A stretch of 64,000 nt of DNA. Origin: Malacoraja senta. Its lineage: Eukaryota. A program made the translations under genes and the position numbers. The notes below the pieces were generated by a model. It was not told where the DNA came from. It worked only from the letters and a program-made list of their open reading frames with translations, and did not search any database. The stretch is from contig CM075994.1 in NCBI GenBank assembly GCA_038087875.1, forward strand, positions 8,062,001-8,126,000. Direction: 5' to 3'. Positions 11,920 to 24,683 of the stretch are shown here, in pieces (position 1 is the first letter of the stretch; the number at the start of each line of letters is the position of its first letter).

Positions 11920-13085
11920 TGTACTCGCTGGGGTTTAGAAGGATGAGGGGGATCTGATTGAAACTCACCGAATCGTGAAAGGTCTGGATAGAGTGGATGT
12001 GGAGAGGATGTTTCCACTGGTGGGAGAGTCTAGAACTAGAGGCCACAGCCTCAGAATTAAAGGACGTTCTTTTATGAAGGAGCTGAGGAGAAATTTCTTC
12101 AGTCAGAGGGTGGTGAATCTGTGGAATTCTTTGCCACAGAAGGCTGTGGAGGCCGTCAGTGGATATTTTTAAGGCAGAGATGGATAGATTCTTGATTAGT
12201 ACAGGTGTCAGAGGTTATGGGGAGAAGGCAGGAGAATGGGGTTTGGAGGGAGAGATAGATCAGCCATGATTGAATGGTGGAATAGACTTGATGGGCCGAA
12301 TGGCCTAATTCTGCTCCTATCACCTATGACCTTATGACAGACAGGAAAAGGGAAAGTGCAACGAGACTTGGGTGTGCTTGTACATCAGTCACTGAAAGTA
12401 AGCGTGCAGGTACAGCAGGCAGTGGTGAAAGCGAATGGCATGTTGGCCTTCATTGCGAGAGGATTTGAGTATAGGAGCAAGGAGGTCCTACTGCAGTTGT
12501 ACGGGGGCCCTGGTGGGACCACATCTGGAGTATTGTGTGCAGTTTTGGTCTCCTAATTTAAGGAAGGACAGTCTTACTATTGAGGGAGTGCAGCGTTGGT
12601 TCACCAGGTTAATTCCCGGGATGGGGGGGACTGACATATGCTGAAAGAATGGATCGACTGGGCTTGTATTCGCTGGAATTTAGAAGGATGAGAGGGCATC
12701 TTATAGAAATATACAAAATTAGTAAGGGATTGGACAGGCTAGATGTAGGAAAAATGTTCCCGATGTTGGGGGAGTCCAGAACCAGGGGTCACAGTTTAAG
12801 AATAAGGGGTAGGCCGTTTAGGACTGAGATGAGGAAAAACGTTTTCACCCATGGAGTTGTGAATCTGTGGAATTCTCTGCCACAGAAGGCAGTGGAGGCC
12901 AAATCACTGGATGTTTTCAAGAGAGAGTTAGATTTTGCTCTTGGGGCTAATGGTATCAAGGGATATGGGGAGAAAGCAGGAACGGGGTACTGATTGTGGA
13001 TGATCAGCCATGATCACATTGAATGGCGGTGCTGGCTTGAAGGGATGAATGGCCTACTCCTGCACCTATTGTCTAGGTTTCTAAG
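11920..13085 (+). mobile_element. Two tandem CR1-clade LINE fragments
   Basis: ORF2 C-terminal motifs with frameshifts. Confidence 0.85.
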
Positions 13086-13194
13086 GCAGGAGAATGGGGT
13101 TGGGAAGTGAGATAGAGCAGCCATGATTGAATGGCGGAGTAGACTTGAAGGGCCGAATAGCCTAATTCTGCTTCCATCACTTAGGACCTTATGA

Positions 13195-15337
13195 CCAAAG
13201 ACAGACACAAAATGCTGGAGTAACTCAGCGGGACAGGCAGCATCTCTGGAGCGAAGGAATGGGTGACGTTTCGGGTCGAGACCCTTCTTCAGACTGATGT
13301 CAGGGGAGGGGGCGGGACAAAGATAGAATGTAGTCGGAGACACAGACTAGTCGGAGAACTGGGATGGGGGAGGGGATGGAGAGAGAGAGGGAAAGCAAGG
13401 GTTACTTGAAGTTAGAGAAGTCAATGTTCATACCGCTGGGGTGTAAGCTGCCCGTGAAATATGAGATGCTGTTCCTCCAATTAGCGCTGGGCCTCACTCT
13501 GACAGTGGAGGAGGCCCAGGACAGAGAGGTCAGTGTGGGAATGGGAGGGGGAGTTAAAGTGTTTGGCAACCGGGAGATCAGGTAGGTTTAGACGGACTGA
13601 GCGGAGGTGTTCAGCGGAACGATCGCCGAGCCTGCGCTTGGTCTCGCCGATGTAGAGAAGTTTTTTTTTTATATATTTATTTTTTTTAATTTTATTTTTT
13701 AAAATATTTTTTATAATATTTTTCGAAGACCCTATAAGAGCGAAATTAAAAACAAAAAGAAAAAGAGTTAAGAAATAGGCCCTAAGAAAAGAAAAGAGAA
13801 AGAGAAAAAAAAGCGAAACAAATGGTTTTTTTTTTGAGCATCACGTAAATAGGACATACCAACTCTTCAACTATCATCCCCCCTTACCCGACCTCAATTT
13901 TTTATTTTTTTTAAAGTACTTTTGCACCCTATGTTTGTAATAATTCTATAAATGCAGACCACGTCAGGTGGAAGTGATCTGGTTTACCTGCTAGGAGGAG
14001 TCTTATCTCTTCAAGGTGTAATGTTTCAAACATATTTGAAATCCACATATTTATAGTTGGTATTGGAGCCTTCTTCCAAAATTTTAGAATTAGCTTTTTT
14101 CCAGTTATTAACCCATAATCCATTAATTTCTTTTGAAACACATTTAATTCTGGATCATCTTCCGTTATTCCGAAGATAATCCATTCTGCTTTGGGTATCA
14201 GTCTTGTTTTAAATAACTTTGTAAAGATTTCAAAAATTTCATTCCAAAATTTTTGAATTTTTGTACAGAAGACAAATGAGTGCGCTATAGTTGCTTCTTG
14301 GGATTGACATTTATCACAAATAGATGATACGTTTGGGAAAATTTTATGAATTTTAGTTTTCGAATAATATAATCTATGTAAAATTCGATGTAGAGAAGTT
14401 GACACCTGGAACAGCGGATACAGTAGATGAGGTTGGAGGAGGTGCAAGTGAACCTCTACCTCACCTGGAAAGACTGTCGGGGTCCTTGGATGGAGTCGAG
14501 GGGGGAAATAAAGAAACATAGAAACGTAGAAAATAGGTGCAGGAGTAGGCCATTCGGCCCTTCGAGCCTGCACCGCCATTCAATGTGATCATGGCTGATC
14601 ATCCAACTCAGTATCCTGTACCTGCCTTCTCTCCATACAGGGTCACAAGGGCCACATCTAACTCCCTCTTAAATATAGCGAATGAACTGGCCTCAACTAC
14701 CTCTGTGGCAGAGAGTTCCAGAGATTCACCACGCTCTGTGTGAAAAATGTTTTTCTCATCTCGGTCCTAAAGGATTTCCCCTTAATCCTTAAACTGTGAC
14801 CCCTTATCCTGGACTTCCCCAACATCGGGAACAATCTTCCTGCATCTAGCCTGTCCAACCCCTTAAGAATTTTGTAAGTTTCTATAAGATCCCCCCTCAA
14901 TCTTCTAAATTCTAGCGAGTACAAGCCGAGTCTATCCAGTCTTTCTTCATATGAAAGTCCTGCCATCCCAGGAATCAGTCTGGTGAACCTTCTCTGTACT
15001 CCCTCTATGGCAAGAATGTCTTTCCTCAGATTTGGAGACCAAAACTGTACGCAATACTCCAGGTGTGGTCTCACCAAGACCCTGTACAACTGCAGTCGAA
15101 CCTCCCTGCTCCTATACTCAAATCCTATACTCAAGGGGGAGGTAAAGGGACAGGTGTTGCATCTCCTGCGGTTGCAGGGGAAAGTACCTGGGGAGGGGGT
15201 GGTTTGGGTGGGAAGGGACAAGTTGACCAGGGTGTTGCGGAGGGAACGGTCTCTGCGGAAAGCAGAAAGGGGAGGAGAGGGGAAGATGTGGCCAGTAGTG
15301 GGATCCCGTTGGAGGTGGCGAAAGTGTTGGAGGATTC
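13195..15337 (-). mobile_element. Penelope-like element interrupted by L1 (13663-14385) and CR1 (~14512-15125)
   Basis: GIY-YIG and upstream Cys-rich segments (PGTFPCNRRRCNTC) resume on either side of each insertion. Confidence 0.75.
13663..14385 (-). mobile_element. 5'-truncated L1-clade LINE
   Basis: ORF2 C-terminus ILHRLYYSK..CDKC..H....C..IQKFW; poly-A tail (T-run at 13661); 15-bp TSD CGATGTAGAGAAGTT (13648-62, 14386-400). Confidence 0.88.
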
Positions 15338-15362
15338 TGTGACAGGCAAGCGTCTCTCTTAC

Positions 15363-15554
15363 ATCTCCCCAGAGTCTTTATTCGGGGCTGCGTCCTCCTG
15401 CCCTCCAACTTGTATTCACAGCACCTCTTGAAGACGTGGCGACACTGGCTCTCCTTCACACGCTCGGCCCGCTGCTCACAGCTAAGGGGCATCAGGTTCA
15501 TGAAGATGCCGTCCAGACAACACTTCCTCAGCCTGTGGTCAGAGTACCCGCTCA
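15363..15554 (-). CDS. C4: Complement C4-like, exon ~17, anaphylatoxin domain, 192 bp
   Basis: gcag|TG...T|gtaag. Translates (L)SGYSDHRLRKCCLDGIFMNLMPLSCEQRAERVKESQCRHVFKRCCEYKLEGRRTQPRIKTLGR, with the six-Cys ANATO pattern and SCEQRA as in C4a. Confidence 0.96.
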
Positions 15555-15739
15555 CTGCAAGGGGCACAACGGCAACGTGCCATCAACAACAAGAGCCAAG
15601 AGAGTCGAGAGTCAACGTGTTTCATTGTCATATGTCTCAGATAGAACAATGACATTCTTACTGGCAGCAGCACGACACAATATGGAAACATAGTACACTG
15701 TAAACTATATAATAAACGAGAAACAAGCTCAGTGTGTGA

Positions 15740-16261
15740 ATATATACACATACTCTCACACACACACACACATAGGCACATATATACACTGTACACACAC
15801 ATACACACACTTACATATTTCTACACACACACACACACACACATGTACACATACACACATATATACACACACACATTTCTCTTCACACACTTGTATACAC
15901 ACATATATACACGTACACATACATGTACACATACACACATAGATACACACACACATATACACACACACACATATGTACACATACACACATATATACACAC
16001 ACACATATACATATATACATACACATATGTACACATACAAACATGCCACAGAAGGTAGTTGAGGCCAGTTCATTGGCTATATTTAAGAGGGAGTTAGATG
16101 TGGCCCTTGTGGCTAAAGGGAGATCAGGGGGTATGGAGAGAAGGCAGGTACAGGATACTGAGTTGGATGATCAGCCATGATCATATTGAATGGCGGTGCA
16201 GGCTCGAAGGGACGAATGGCCTACTCCTGCACCTATTTTCTATGTTTCTATGTTTCTATAT

Positions 16262-16292
<31 letters not shown>

Positions 16293-17310
16293 TATGTACA
16301 CATACACACATATATACACACACACATATACACACACATATGTATACATACACACATATATACACACACATACACACATACATGTACACATACACACATA
16401 TAGACACACACATACACATATATACACACACATATGTACACATACACACATATACACACACACATATACACACACATATGTACACATACACACATATATA
16501 CACACACACATATACACATATATAAACACACATATGTACACATACACACATATATACACAAACACATATGCGCATATATACACACACACATACATGTATA
16601 CATACACACATATAGACACACACACATATACACATATATATACACACACATATACACATATATACACATACATATGTATACATACACACATATATACACA
16701 CACATACACACATATATATACACACATATATACACAAACACATATGCGCATATATACACATATATATACACACACACATATACACATATATACACACACA
16801 TATGTATACATACACACATATATACACACACATACACACATACATGTACACATACACACATATAGACACGCACATACACATATATACACACATATGTACA
16901 CATACACACATATACACACACACATATACACACACATATGTACACATACACACATATATATTTTCTATTTTCTATGTTTCTATGTTTCTATATACACACA
17001 CATACACATATACACACACACACATATGTACACATACACACATATATACACACACACATATACACATATATACACACACATATATATACATACACACATA
17101 TATACACACACATACACACATACATGTACACATACACACATATAGACACACACACATATATATACACACACACATAAGTACATGTACACACATATACACA
17201 CATACAGATACACACACATATGTATATATGTACACACACACACACCCACACACATATATCTATATATACACACACATATATACATACACATACACATATA
17301 TATATATATA
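15740..17310. repeat. Complex (CA/TA)n microsatellite with an embedded CR1 tail (16045-16258)
   Basis: CACATATA-type units; the CR1 tail junction recurs at ~16965. Confidence 0.95.
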
Positions 17311-17905
17311 GCTGGAGCGATGGACTAGCTGGGCAAGGTCCACAAGGTGGGTTCAAATCCCCGTCCCGTCCCCTCCGCGCGGTTCACAGACTCGCCAGCC
17401 GCCTGCCATTGTTGCGGGCTGGAAGAGTCTGTGTACCACGTGTACATGGAGTGCGTGAGGCTGCAGCCCCTGTTCCAATATCTAAAGGGGCTGCTCCTTT
17501 GCCTTCTGGCTGCACTTCACACCCACCACCCTCATCTCTGGACACCCTGTGCGTAGGGGAGAGGGTGGGGCTGAAGATGTCCTGGTTGGGTTGCTTCTGG
17601 GCCTGGCCAAGCTGGCCATCCACGAGTCACGGCGCCAGGCGGTGGAGGGCTCTGCCCGAGCCGGCTGCCCGCCCCTTTTCCGGGGTTACGTCCGCGCCCG
17701 GGTGGGGTTAGAGAGGGACCACGCGCTGTCCACGGGCACCCTGGGGGATTTCAGGACCGCTGGGCACCGCGGTGGGGTGGAATGTATCCTTGACAAGGAG
17801 CCTAACATAGTTGTCTGAAAATGTAGTGTCTTAGATAATTTGTGGATTTTGTACTATGGTGGGTAGGCTTTGTTTGGTATCGGAATTAAATTAATTATTT
17901 TTGAC
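17310..17905 (+). mobile_element. Tx1-clade LINE 3' fragment
   Basis: CHCCGLEESVYHVYMECVRLQPLFQYL...LLLGLAKLAIHESR, then a T-rich 3'UTR and A-tail. A related copy lies at ~48190-48645. Confidence 0.7.
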
Positions 17906-18152
17906 GCAAAAAAAAAACCCGCACGTCTTTGGAGTGTGGGAGGAAACCGGAGATCCCGGAGAAAACCCACGCGGGTCACGGGGAGAAGGTACAAACTCCG
18001 TACAGTCGGGATAGAACCGTGGTCTCCGGCGCTGTGAGGCAGCAACTCTACCGCTGCGCCACCGTGACCGCCCAAAGTTGACCCATCAATGGGAAGTTGT
18101 TTAAATGTGACAGGGATATTAATGGACGGTAATAATGAACACATAGTCTCAC

Positions 18153-18224
18153 GTATGCCAGAGAATTGCTCCTGTAGACGTATTTCTCTCCTCTGCCTTT
18201 CGACTCGCTTCTTGCATGAATAGT
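18153..18224 (-). CDS. C4: Complement C4-like, exon ~16 with beta/alpha furin site, 72 bp
   Basis: cccag|AC...C|gtgaga, phase 1-1. Translates (D)YSCKKRVERQRR/EIRLQEQFSGI. Not visible in the supplied ORF frame. Confidence 0.92.
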
Positions 18225-18562
18225 CTGGGGGGAAAAAATCAAAAAAATAAAGCCATTAATGATCAACAGTGATAAGTTCTGTAGAAGACTCATTCACTAT
18301 TCGGGCGGCAAGGTGGCGCAGCGGTAGAGTTGCTGCCTCACAGCGCCAGAGACCCGGGTTCGATCCCGACTACGGGTGCTGTCTGTACGGAGTTTGTACG
18401 TTCTCCGCGTGACCTGCGTGGGTTTTCTCCAAGATCTTCGGTACAGGTTTGTAGGCTAATTGGCTTCAGTAAAATTGTAAATTGACCTTGTGTGTGTAGG
18501 ATAGTGTTAATGTGCAGGGATCGCTGGTCAGCGCGGACTCAGTTGGCTGAAGGGCTGAAGTA

Positions 18563-19821
18563 TCTATATTACTAAAAGTCTGATCTTGACCACTTCCTGT
18601 TGCTCTGTATATTGATTTTAGAAAAAACGCTGCCACGTACGGCTGTGATTTTTGGCCATCTTAATCAGTCCCCTCTTCTGCGCAGGACAAGAGGATTTTT
18701 CCCATCGATGAAAAATAAAAGAGTTATTAGTGTTTAAAAAATGTTGGGATTCTCTCTCCTGAAGGCCATGCTCGTTCCGGAGGGATTATAAAACCCGGAA
18801 GTGTGGAGGTGCCTCAGTTCTCTGCAAGATGTGGGAGTGAGAGGTCACAATTCTCAGTCTGAGCTGTGAATAACACTGAACACATGTCTACTAAACTGTG
18901 AGTGGTTTTACTGACCTGTCAGTGCCCTTAATGTGGTTTGAAAATGCAAAAGTGTGCTTTGCTTTTGAAAGTGCTAAAGCTGTGTTGCCTTTGGTTTTGA
19001 AAGTGCTAAAGCAAGCTGTGTTGCCTTTGGTTTTGAAAGTGCTAAAGCGAGCTGTGTTGCCGTTGGTTTTGAAAGTGCTAAAGCGAGCTGCCTTGCCTAA
19101 TTGGAGCTGCCTTGCCTAATTGGAGCTGCCTTGCCCAATTGGAGCTGCCTTGCCATTCGATATAATTAAAAGTCTAATCTTGACCACTTCCTGTTTGCGC
19201 TTTAAATTGATTTTAGAAAAAATGCTACCACGTACGGTTGTGATTTTTGGCCATCTTACTCAGTCCCCCTCCGCCCATCGATGAAAAATAAAAGAGTTAT
19301 TTGTGTTTAAAAAATGTTGAGATTCTCTCTCCTGTCAAACATGCCATGAAGGCCACGTCACTTCTGGTGGGAGGGGGGGAGGGACTATAAAATCCGGAAG
19401 TGTGGGTGTAGCTCAGTCTACGCAAGATGAGGGAGGGAGAGGCCATGACTCGCTGTCCTTAGTGGCCTTGCACCCTGCTTGAAATGGCATGAAACTGCAC
19501 TTGAATTTGGTGCCCTTGCACCCTGCTTGAAATGGAATTTCAAGGAATAGCCGTGAGTCAACTGCCAGCCCACCAGCCGTGATTGAGCTGCCAGCACAAC
19601 AGGCTTGAGTGACTGAGCCGCCAGCCCAAGAATCCATTTGACCCACAATGTCCACACAAGCCCTCTGGAAACCAGGCCCTTCAGTGCACAACACCCATAC
19701 TAGCGCTCCAGAAAGCCCCCCCCCCCCACCAATATTGTAATTGGTGGAGAGATGGAATATTGCGTTGGGCGACCAGCCCTCCTGTGTGATGCTGGGACCC
19801 AACGGGTCCCACTTTGTCTAG
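18563..19821 (+). mobile_element. Non-autonomous Helitron-like element with internal duplication and tandem repeats
   Basis: 5' TC; 3' hairpin GGGACCC-AAC-GGGTCCC then CTAG; inserted between A and T in a SINE tail without TSD; the 5' ~250 bp recurs at ~19160. Confidence 0.8.
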
Positions 19822-20582
19822 TCTCTAAACTATTCTGAGGCTAGGGCTTCTGGTCCTAGACGCAACCACTAGAGGGTGGTGAATCTGTGGAATTCTTTGC
19901 CACAGACGGCTGGGGAGGCCAAGTCAGTGGATATTTTTAAAGCAGAGATAGATAGATTCTTGATTAGTATGGGTGTCAGGGGTTATGGGGAGAAGGCAGG
20001 AGAATAGTGTTAGGAGGGAGAGATAGATCAGCCATGATTGAATGGTGGAGTAGACGATGGGCCGAATGGCCTAATTCTGCTCCTATCACTTATGACCTTA
20101 TGATTTTCACATTAACTATATTTTAGAGAATTGTCAATATTTTGCAAAAATATATACTTGACTTTTGTCTGGAACTGGTGCTATAATACTTTGAACTCTA
20201 TTCTGCACTCTGTATCTTCCCCTTTGCTCTACCTATTGTACTGGTGTTTGACTTTATTGTATCTCTGTATAATTTAGTTCAGACGTACAGCGCAGAAACA
20301 GGCCCTTCGGCCCACAAGGTCCGCGCTGACCAGTGATCACCGCACATTAACACAGCCCTACACACACACTAGGGACAATTTTTACATTAACACCAAGCCA
20401 ATTAACCTACCAATCTGCACGTCTTCGGAGTGTAGGAGGAAAGTGAAGATCTCGGAGAATACCCACGCAGGTCACGGGGAGAACGTACAAACTCCATACA
20501 GACAGCACCCATAGTCGGGATTGAACCGGGGTCTCTGGCGCTGTGAGGCAGCAACTCTACCGCTGCGCCACCGTGCCGTCAG

Positions 20583-20930
20583 GGCTACTTGAAGTTAGAG
20601 AAGTCAATGTTCATACCGCTGGGGTGTAAGCTGCCCAAGTGAAATATAAGGTGCTGTTCCTCCAATTTGCGCTGGGCCTCACTCTGACAGTGGAGGAGGC
20701 CCAGGACAGAAAGGTCAGTGTGGGAATGGGAGGGGGAGTTAAAGTGTTTGGCAACCGGGAGATCAGGTAGGTTTAGGCGGACTGAGCGGAGGTGTTCAGC
20801 GGAACGATCGCCGAGCCTGCGCTTGGTCTCGCCAATGTAGAGAAGTTGACACCTGGAACAGCGGATACAGTAGATGAGGTTGGAGGAGGTGCAAGTGAAC
20901 CTCACCTGGAAGGACTGTCAGGGTCCTTGG
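20583..20930 (-). mobile_element. Penelope-like GIY-YIG fragment (part of the inverted duplication)
   Basis: FTCTSSNLIYCIRCSRCQLLYIGETKRRLGD...GMNIDFSNFK. Confidence 0.85.
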
Positions 20931-21000
20931 ATATTTGTGTCTATCTTCAGTGTAAACCAGCATCTGCAGTTCCTTCCTACTAAAACTAAACCTTTGTCTT

Positions 21001-21811
21001 ATCCACTATGTGAGGTTATCCACTTTGGTGGCAAAAACAGGAAAGCAGACTATTATCTAAATGGTGGCCGATTAGGAAAAGGGGAAATGCAACGAGACCT
21101 GGGTGTCATGGTACACCAGTCATTAAAAGTAGGCATGCAGGTGCAGCAGGCAGTGAAGAAAGCGAATGGTATGTTAGCATTCATAGCAAAAGGATTTGAG
21201 TATAGGAGCAGGGAGGTTCTACTGCAGTTGTACAGGGTCTTGGTGAGACCACACCTGGAGTATTGCGTACAGTTTTGGTCTCCTAATCTGAGGAAAGACA
21301 TTCTTGCCATAGAGGGAGTGCAGAGAAGGTTCACCAGACTGATTCCTGGGATGGCAGGACTTTCATATGAAGAAAGACTGGATAGACTCGGCTTGTACTC
21401 GCTAGAATTTAGAAGATTGAGGGGGGATCTTATAGAAACTTACAAAATTCTTAAGGGGTTGGACAGGCTAGATGCAGGAAGATTGTTCCCGATGTTGGGG
21501 AAGTCCAGGACAAGGGGTCACAGTTTAAGGATAAGGGGGAAATCTTTTAGGACCGAGATGAGAAAAACATTTTTCACACAGAGAGTGGCGAATATCTGGA
21601 ATTCTCTGCCACAGAATGTAGTTGAGGCCAGTTCATTGGCTATATTTAAGAGGGAGTTAGATGTGGCCCTTGTGGCTAAAGGGATCAGGGGGTATGGAGA
21701 GAAGGCAGGTACGGGATACTGAGTTGGATGATCAGCCATGATCATATTGAATGGCGGTGCAGGCTCAAAGGGCCGAATGGCCTACTCCTGCACCTATTTT
21801 CTATGCTTCTA
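21001..21811 (+). mobile_element. CR1-clade LINE inserted into the duplicated exon's polypyrimidine tract
   Basis: Intact ORF2 C-terminus flanked by a TGTCTT duplication; absent from the source copy at ~975. Confidence 0.9.
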
Positions 21812-21827
21812 TGTCTTGCTTCTCCAG

Positions 21828-21911
21828 AGAAAAGATTCATTGAAATTTTGGAACGTTCACCAACCAATGTTGTTCCCGATGCCAGAAATGACCTCTACAT
21901 CAAACCCACTG
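21828..21911 (+). pseudogene. Inverted (antisense) duplicate of the 879-962 exon with flanking intron
   Basis: 81/84 nt identical to the reverse complement of 879-962, with both splice sites retained. Flanks also match (~812-1395 vs ~20583-21976), apart from a CR1 insertion. Confidence 0.9.
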
Positions 21912-24683
21912 GTAAATATGGCACAGAGTCAGTTCCTAACCTGCCTGCTGGAGACAAGATGGTGGCCATTGTTACCTGAAAGATCAGTGTGGGAATGGGA
22001 GGGGGAGTTAGACAATAGACAATAGACAATAGGTGCAGGAGTAGGCCATTCGGCCCTTCGAGCCAGCACCGCCATTCAATGTGATCATGGCTGATCATCC
22101 CCAATCAGTACCCCGTTCCTTTAAGAGCCCTATCTAGCTCTCTCTTGAAAGGGTCCAGAGAACCAGCCTCCACTGCCTTCTGAGGCAGAGAATTCCACAG
22201 ACTCACAACCCTCTGGGTGAAAACGTTTCTCCTCATCTCCGTTATTTTAGAGATTAGAGATTCCTTTATTTGTCATTCAGACCTTTCGGTCTGAACGAAA
22301 CTTCGTTGCCTGCAGTCATACATATAATAATAAATAACAAAACACACAATAAACACAAATTAACATCCACCACAGTGAGTTCACCAGGCACCTCCTCACT
22401 GTGATGGAGGCAAAAGTCTTAAAGTCTCTGTCTCTTCCCTCTTTGTTCTCCCTCTGCGCTGAGGCGATCCAGGCTTCTGACGTTGTGACCCTGCCGGGTG
22501 ATGGTAAGTCAGTCCCGCGGCTGAATCCGTGCTCCGTCCGCGACGGGCCGGTTCAAACTCCGCGGCCCGGGGGTGGCCGAAGCTGCCGCCCTCCAGTCCA
22601 GCGGACGCAGCTGTAGTTGCGGGAGCCCCAGAAAAACAGGTCACCCACCTGTGACCTGCGAGCTCCCGACGATGTCGTCCACCAGGCCCGCGGCCGAGCC
22701 TCCGGACTCAGGTCGCCACCAGCGTCCTCGGTCGCCACCGCCGGAACGCCACCGCAGCCCCGAAGTTGGCCAGCCTCATGCTGGTAAGTCCTGCCTCTGC
22801 CTCCGGAGCCTCGAGGTCGGTCGGTCGCAGTTGGAGTTGGAGGCTGGCAGCTCCGCCATTAGGGCCTCAGCGCAGACGGAGGCAGAGAAGGGGGATACGA
22901 CAAGAAAAAGTCGCATTCCCCCGAAGGAAGAGACAAAAGTCATGTTTCACCCCCCCCACCCCACACATACACAACCCAATAAACTAAAATTTAAACTAAA
23001 ACAGGACAAAAGAAAACAACAACAAAAGTAAAAACAGACGGACTGCAGGCGAGCGCCACTTCCGGATCTACTCCATCAAACCCACAGCAAGTTGACTGTC
23101 TTTAACACTGACTGATTTGGGTGTATGGAACAAGCTGCCAGAGGAGGTAGTTGAGGCAGGGACAACAACAGCATTAACAGGACACTTGGACGGGTACATG
23201 GGTACAAAAGATTCAGAACGATATACGGGCCATTTGCCCACTGCCCATATGGGACTAGCTTAGATAGGGCATCTTGGCCAACATGGACGAGCTGGGCCAA
23301 AGGGCCTGTTTCCATGCTGTGTTTCTCGAAACATCCTCAGTCCATTTTCCTCCACACATAGAAACATAGATACATAGACAATAGGTGCAGGAGTAGGCCA
23401 TTCAGCCCTTCGAGCCTGCACCGCCATTTGATATGATCATGGCTGATCATCCAACTCAGTATCCTGTACCTGCCTTCTCTCCATACCCCTGTTTCTCTCC
23501 ATACATATTGGTCAAATCTTTCAACGAGGGGGGCACTTCATTCAAACATACAGAACAGTTAAAGGCCTGGATAGAGTGGATGTGGAGAGGATGTTTCCAC
23601 TAGTGGGAGAGTCTAGGACCAGAGGCCACAGCCTCAGAAGTAAAGGGCGATCTTTTAGAAAGGAGGTGCGGAGGAACTTCTTTGGTGGCTGGTGAATCTG
23701 TGGAACTCATTGCCACAGAGGGCTGCGGAGGCCACAAGTCAGTGGATATTTTGAAGGCCGGGATAGATAGATTCTTGATTAGAACGGGTGTCAAGGGTTA
23801 TGGGGAGAAGGCAGGAGAATCGGATCAGGAGGCAGAGATCAGCCATGATTGAATGGCGGAGTAGACGTTATATAATTAGGCCGAATGGCCTAATTCTATA
23901 ACTTGTGAACACTCATAGAATACCAACACATTTGTGTTGCAGCAACTTTGTACCTCTGTATCATTTTAATGGTGACTAAAGTCTTTAGAAACTTTAGTCA
24001 CCATTACTAAAGTTGGACAGGTACATGGATAGGACAGGTTTAGAGGGATATGGGCCAAGCGCAGGCAGGTGGGACTAGTGTAGCTGGGACATGTTGGTTG
24101 GTGTGGGCAAGTTGGGCCTGTTTCCGCTTTGTTCTTCCTCTGCGCTGAGGCGATCCAGGCTTCTGATGTTGTGACCCCGCCAGGTGATGGTAAGTCAATC
24201 CCGCGGCTGAATCCGTGCTCCGTCCGCGACGGGCCGGTTCAAACTCCGCGGCCCGGGGTGGCCGAAGCTGCCGCCCTCCAGTCCAGTATTCTTATACCCC
24301 TTATTCTTAAACTGTGGCCCCTGGTTCTGGACTCCCCCAACATCGGCAACATGTTTCCTGCCTCTAATGTGTCCTATCCCTGAATAATCTTATATGTCTC
24401 AATAAGATCCCCTCTCATTCTTCTAAACTCCAGAGTATACAAGCCCAGCCGCTCCATTCTTTCAACATATGACATTCCCGCCATCCTGGGAATTAACCTT
24501 GTGAACCTACGCTGCACTCCCTCAATAGCAAGAATGTCCTTCCTCAAATTAGAGGACCAAAACTGCACACAATACTCCAGGTGTGGTCTCACCAGGGCCC
24601 TGTACAACTGCAGAAGGACCTCTTTGCTCCAATACTCTGGCAACCGGGAGATCAGGTAGGTTTAAAATACGAGGTGTTGTTAC

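Noticed and set aside
18965..19155. Regularly spaced ~36-bp repeats resembling a CRISPR array (also 33425-33650)
   Set aside because: No unique spacers and no cas genes; these are tandem repeats inside eukaryotic transposons.
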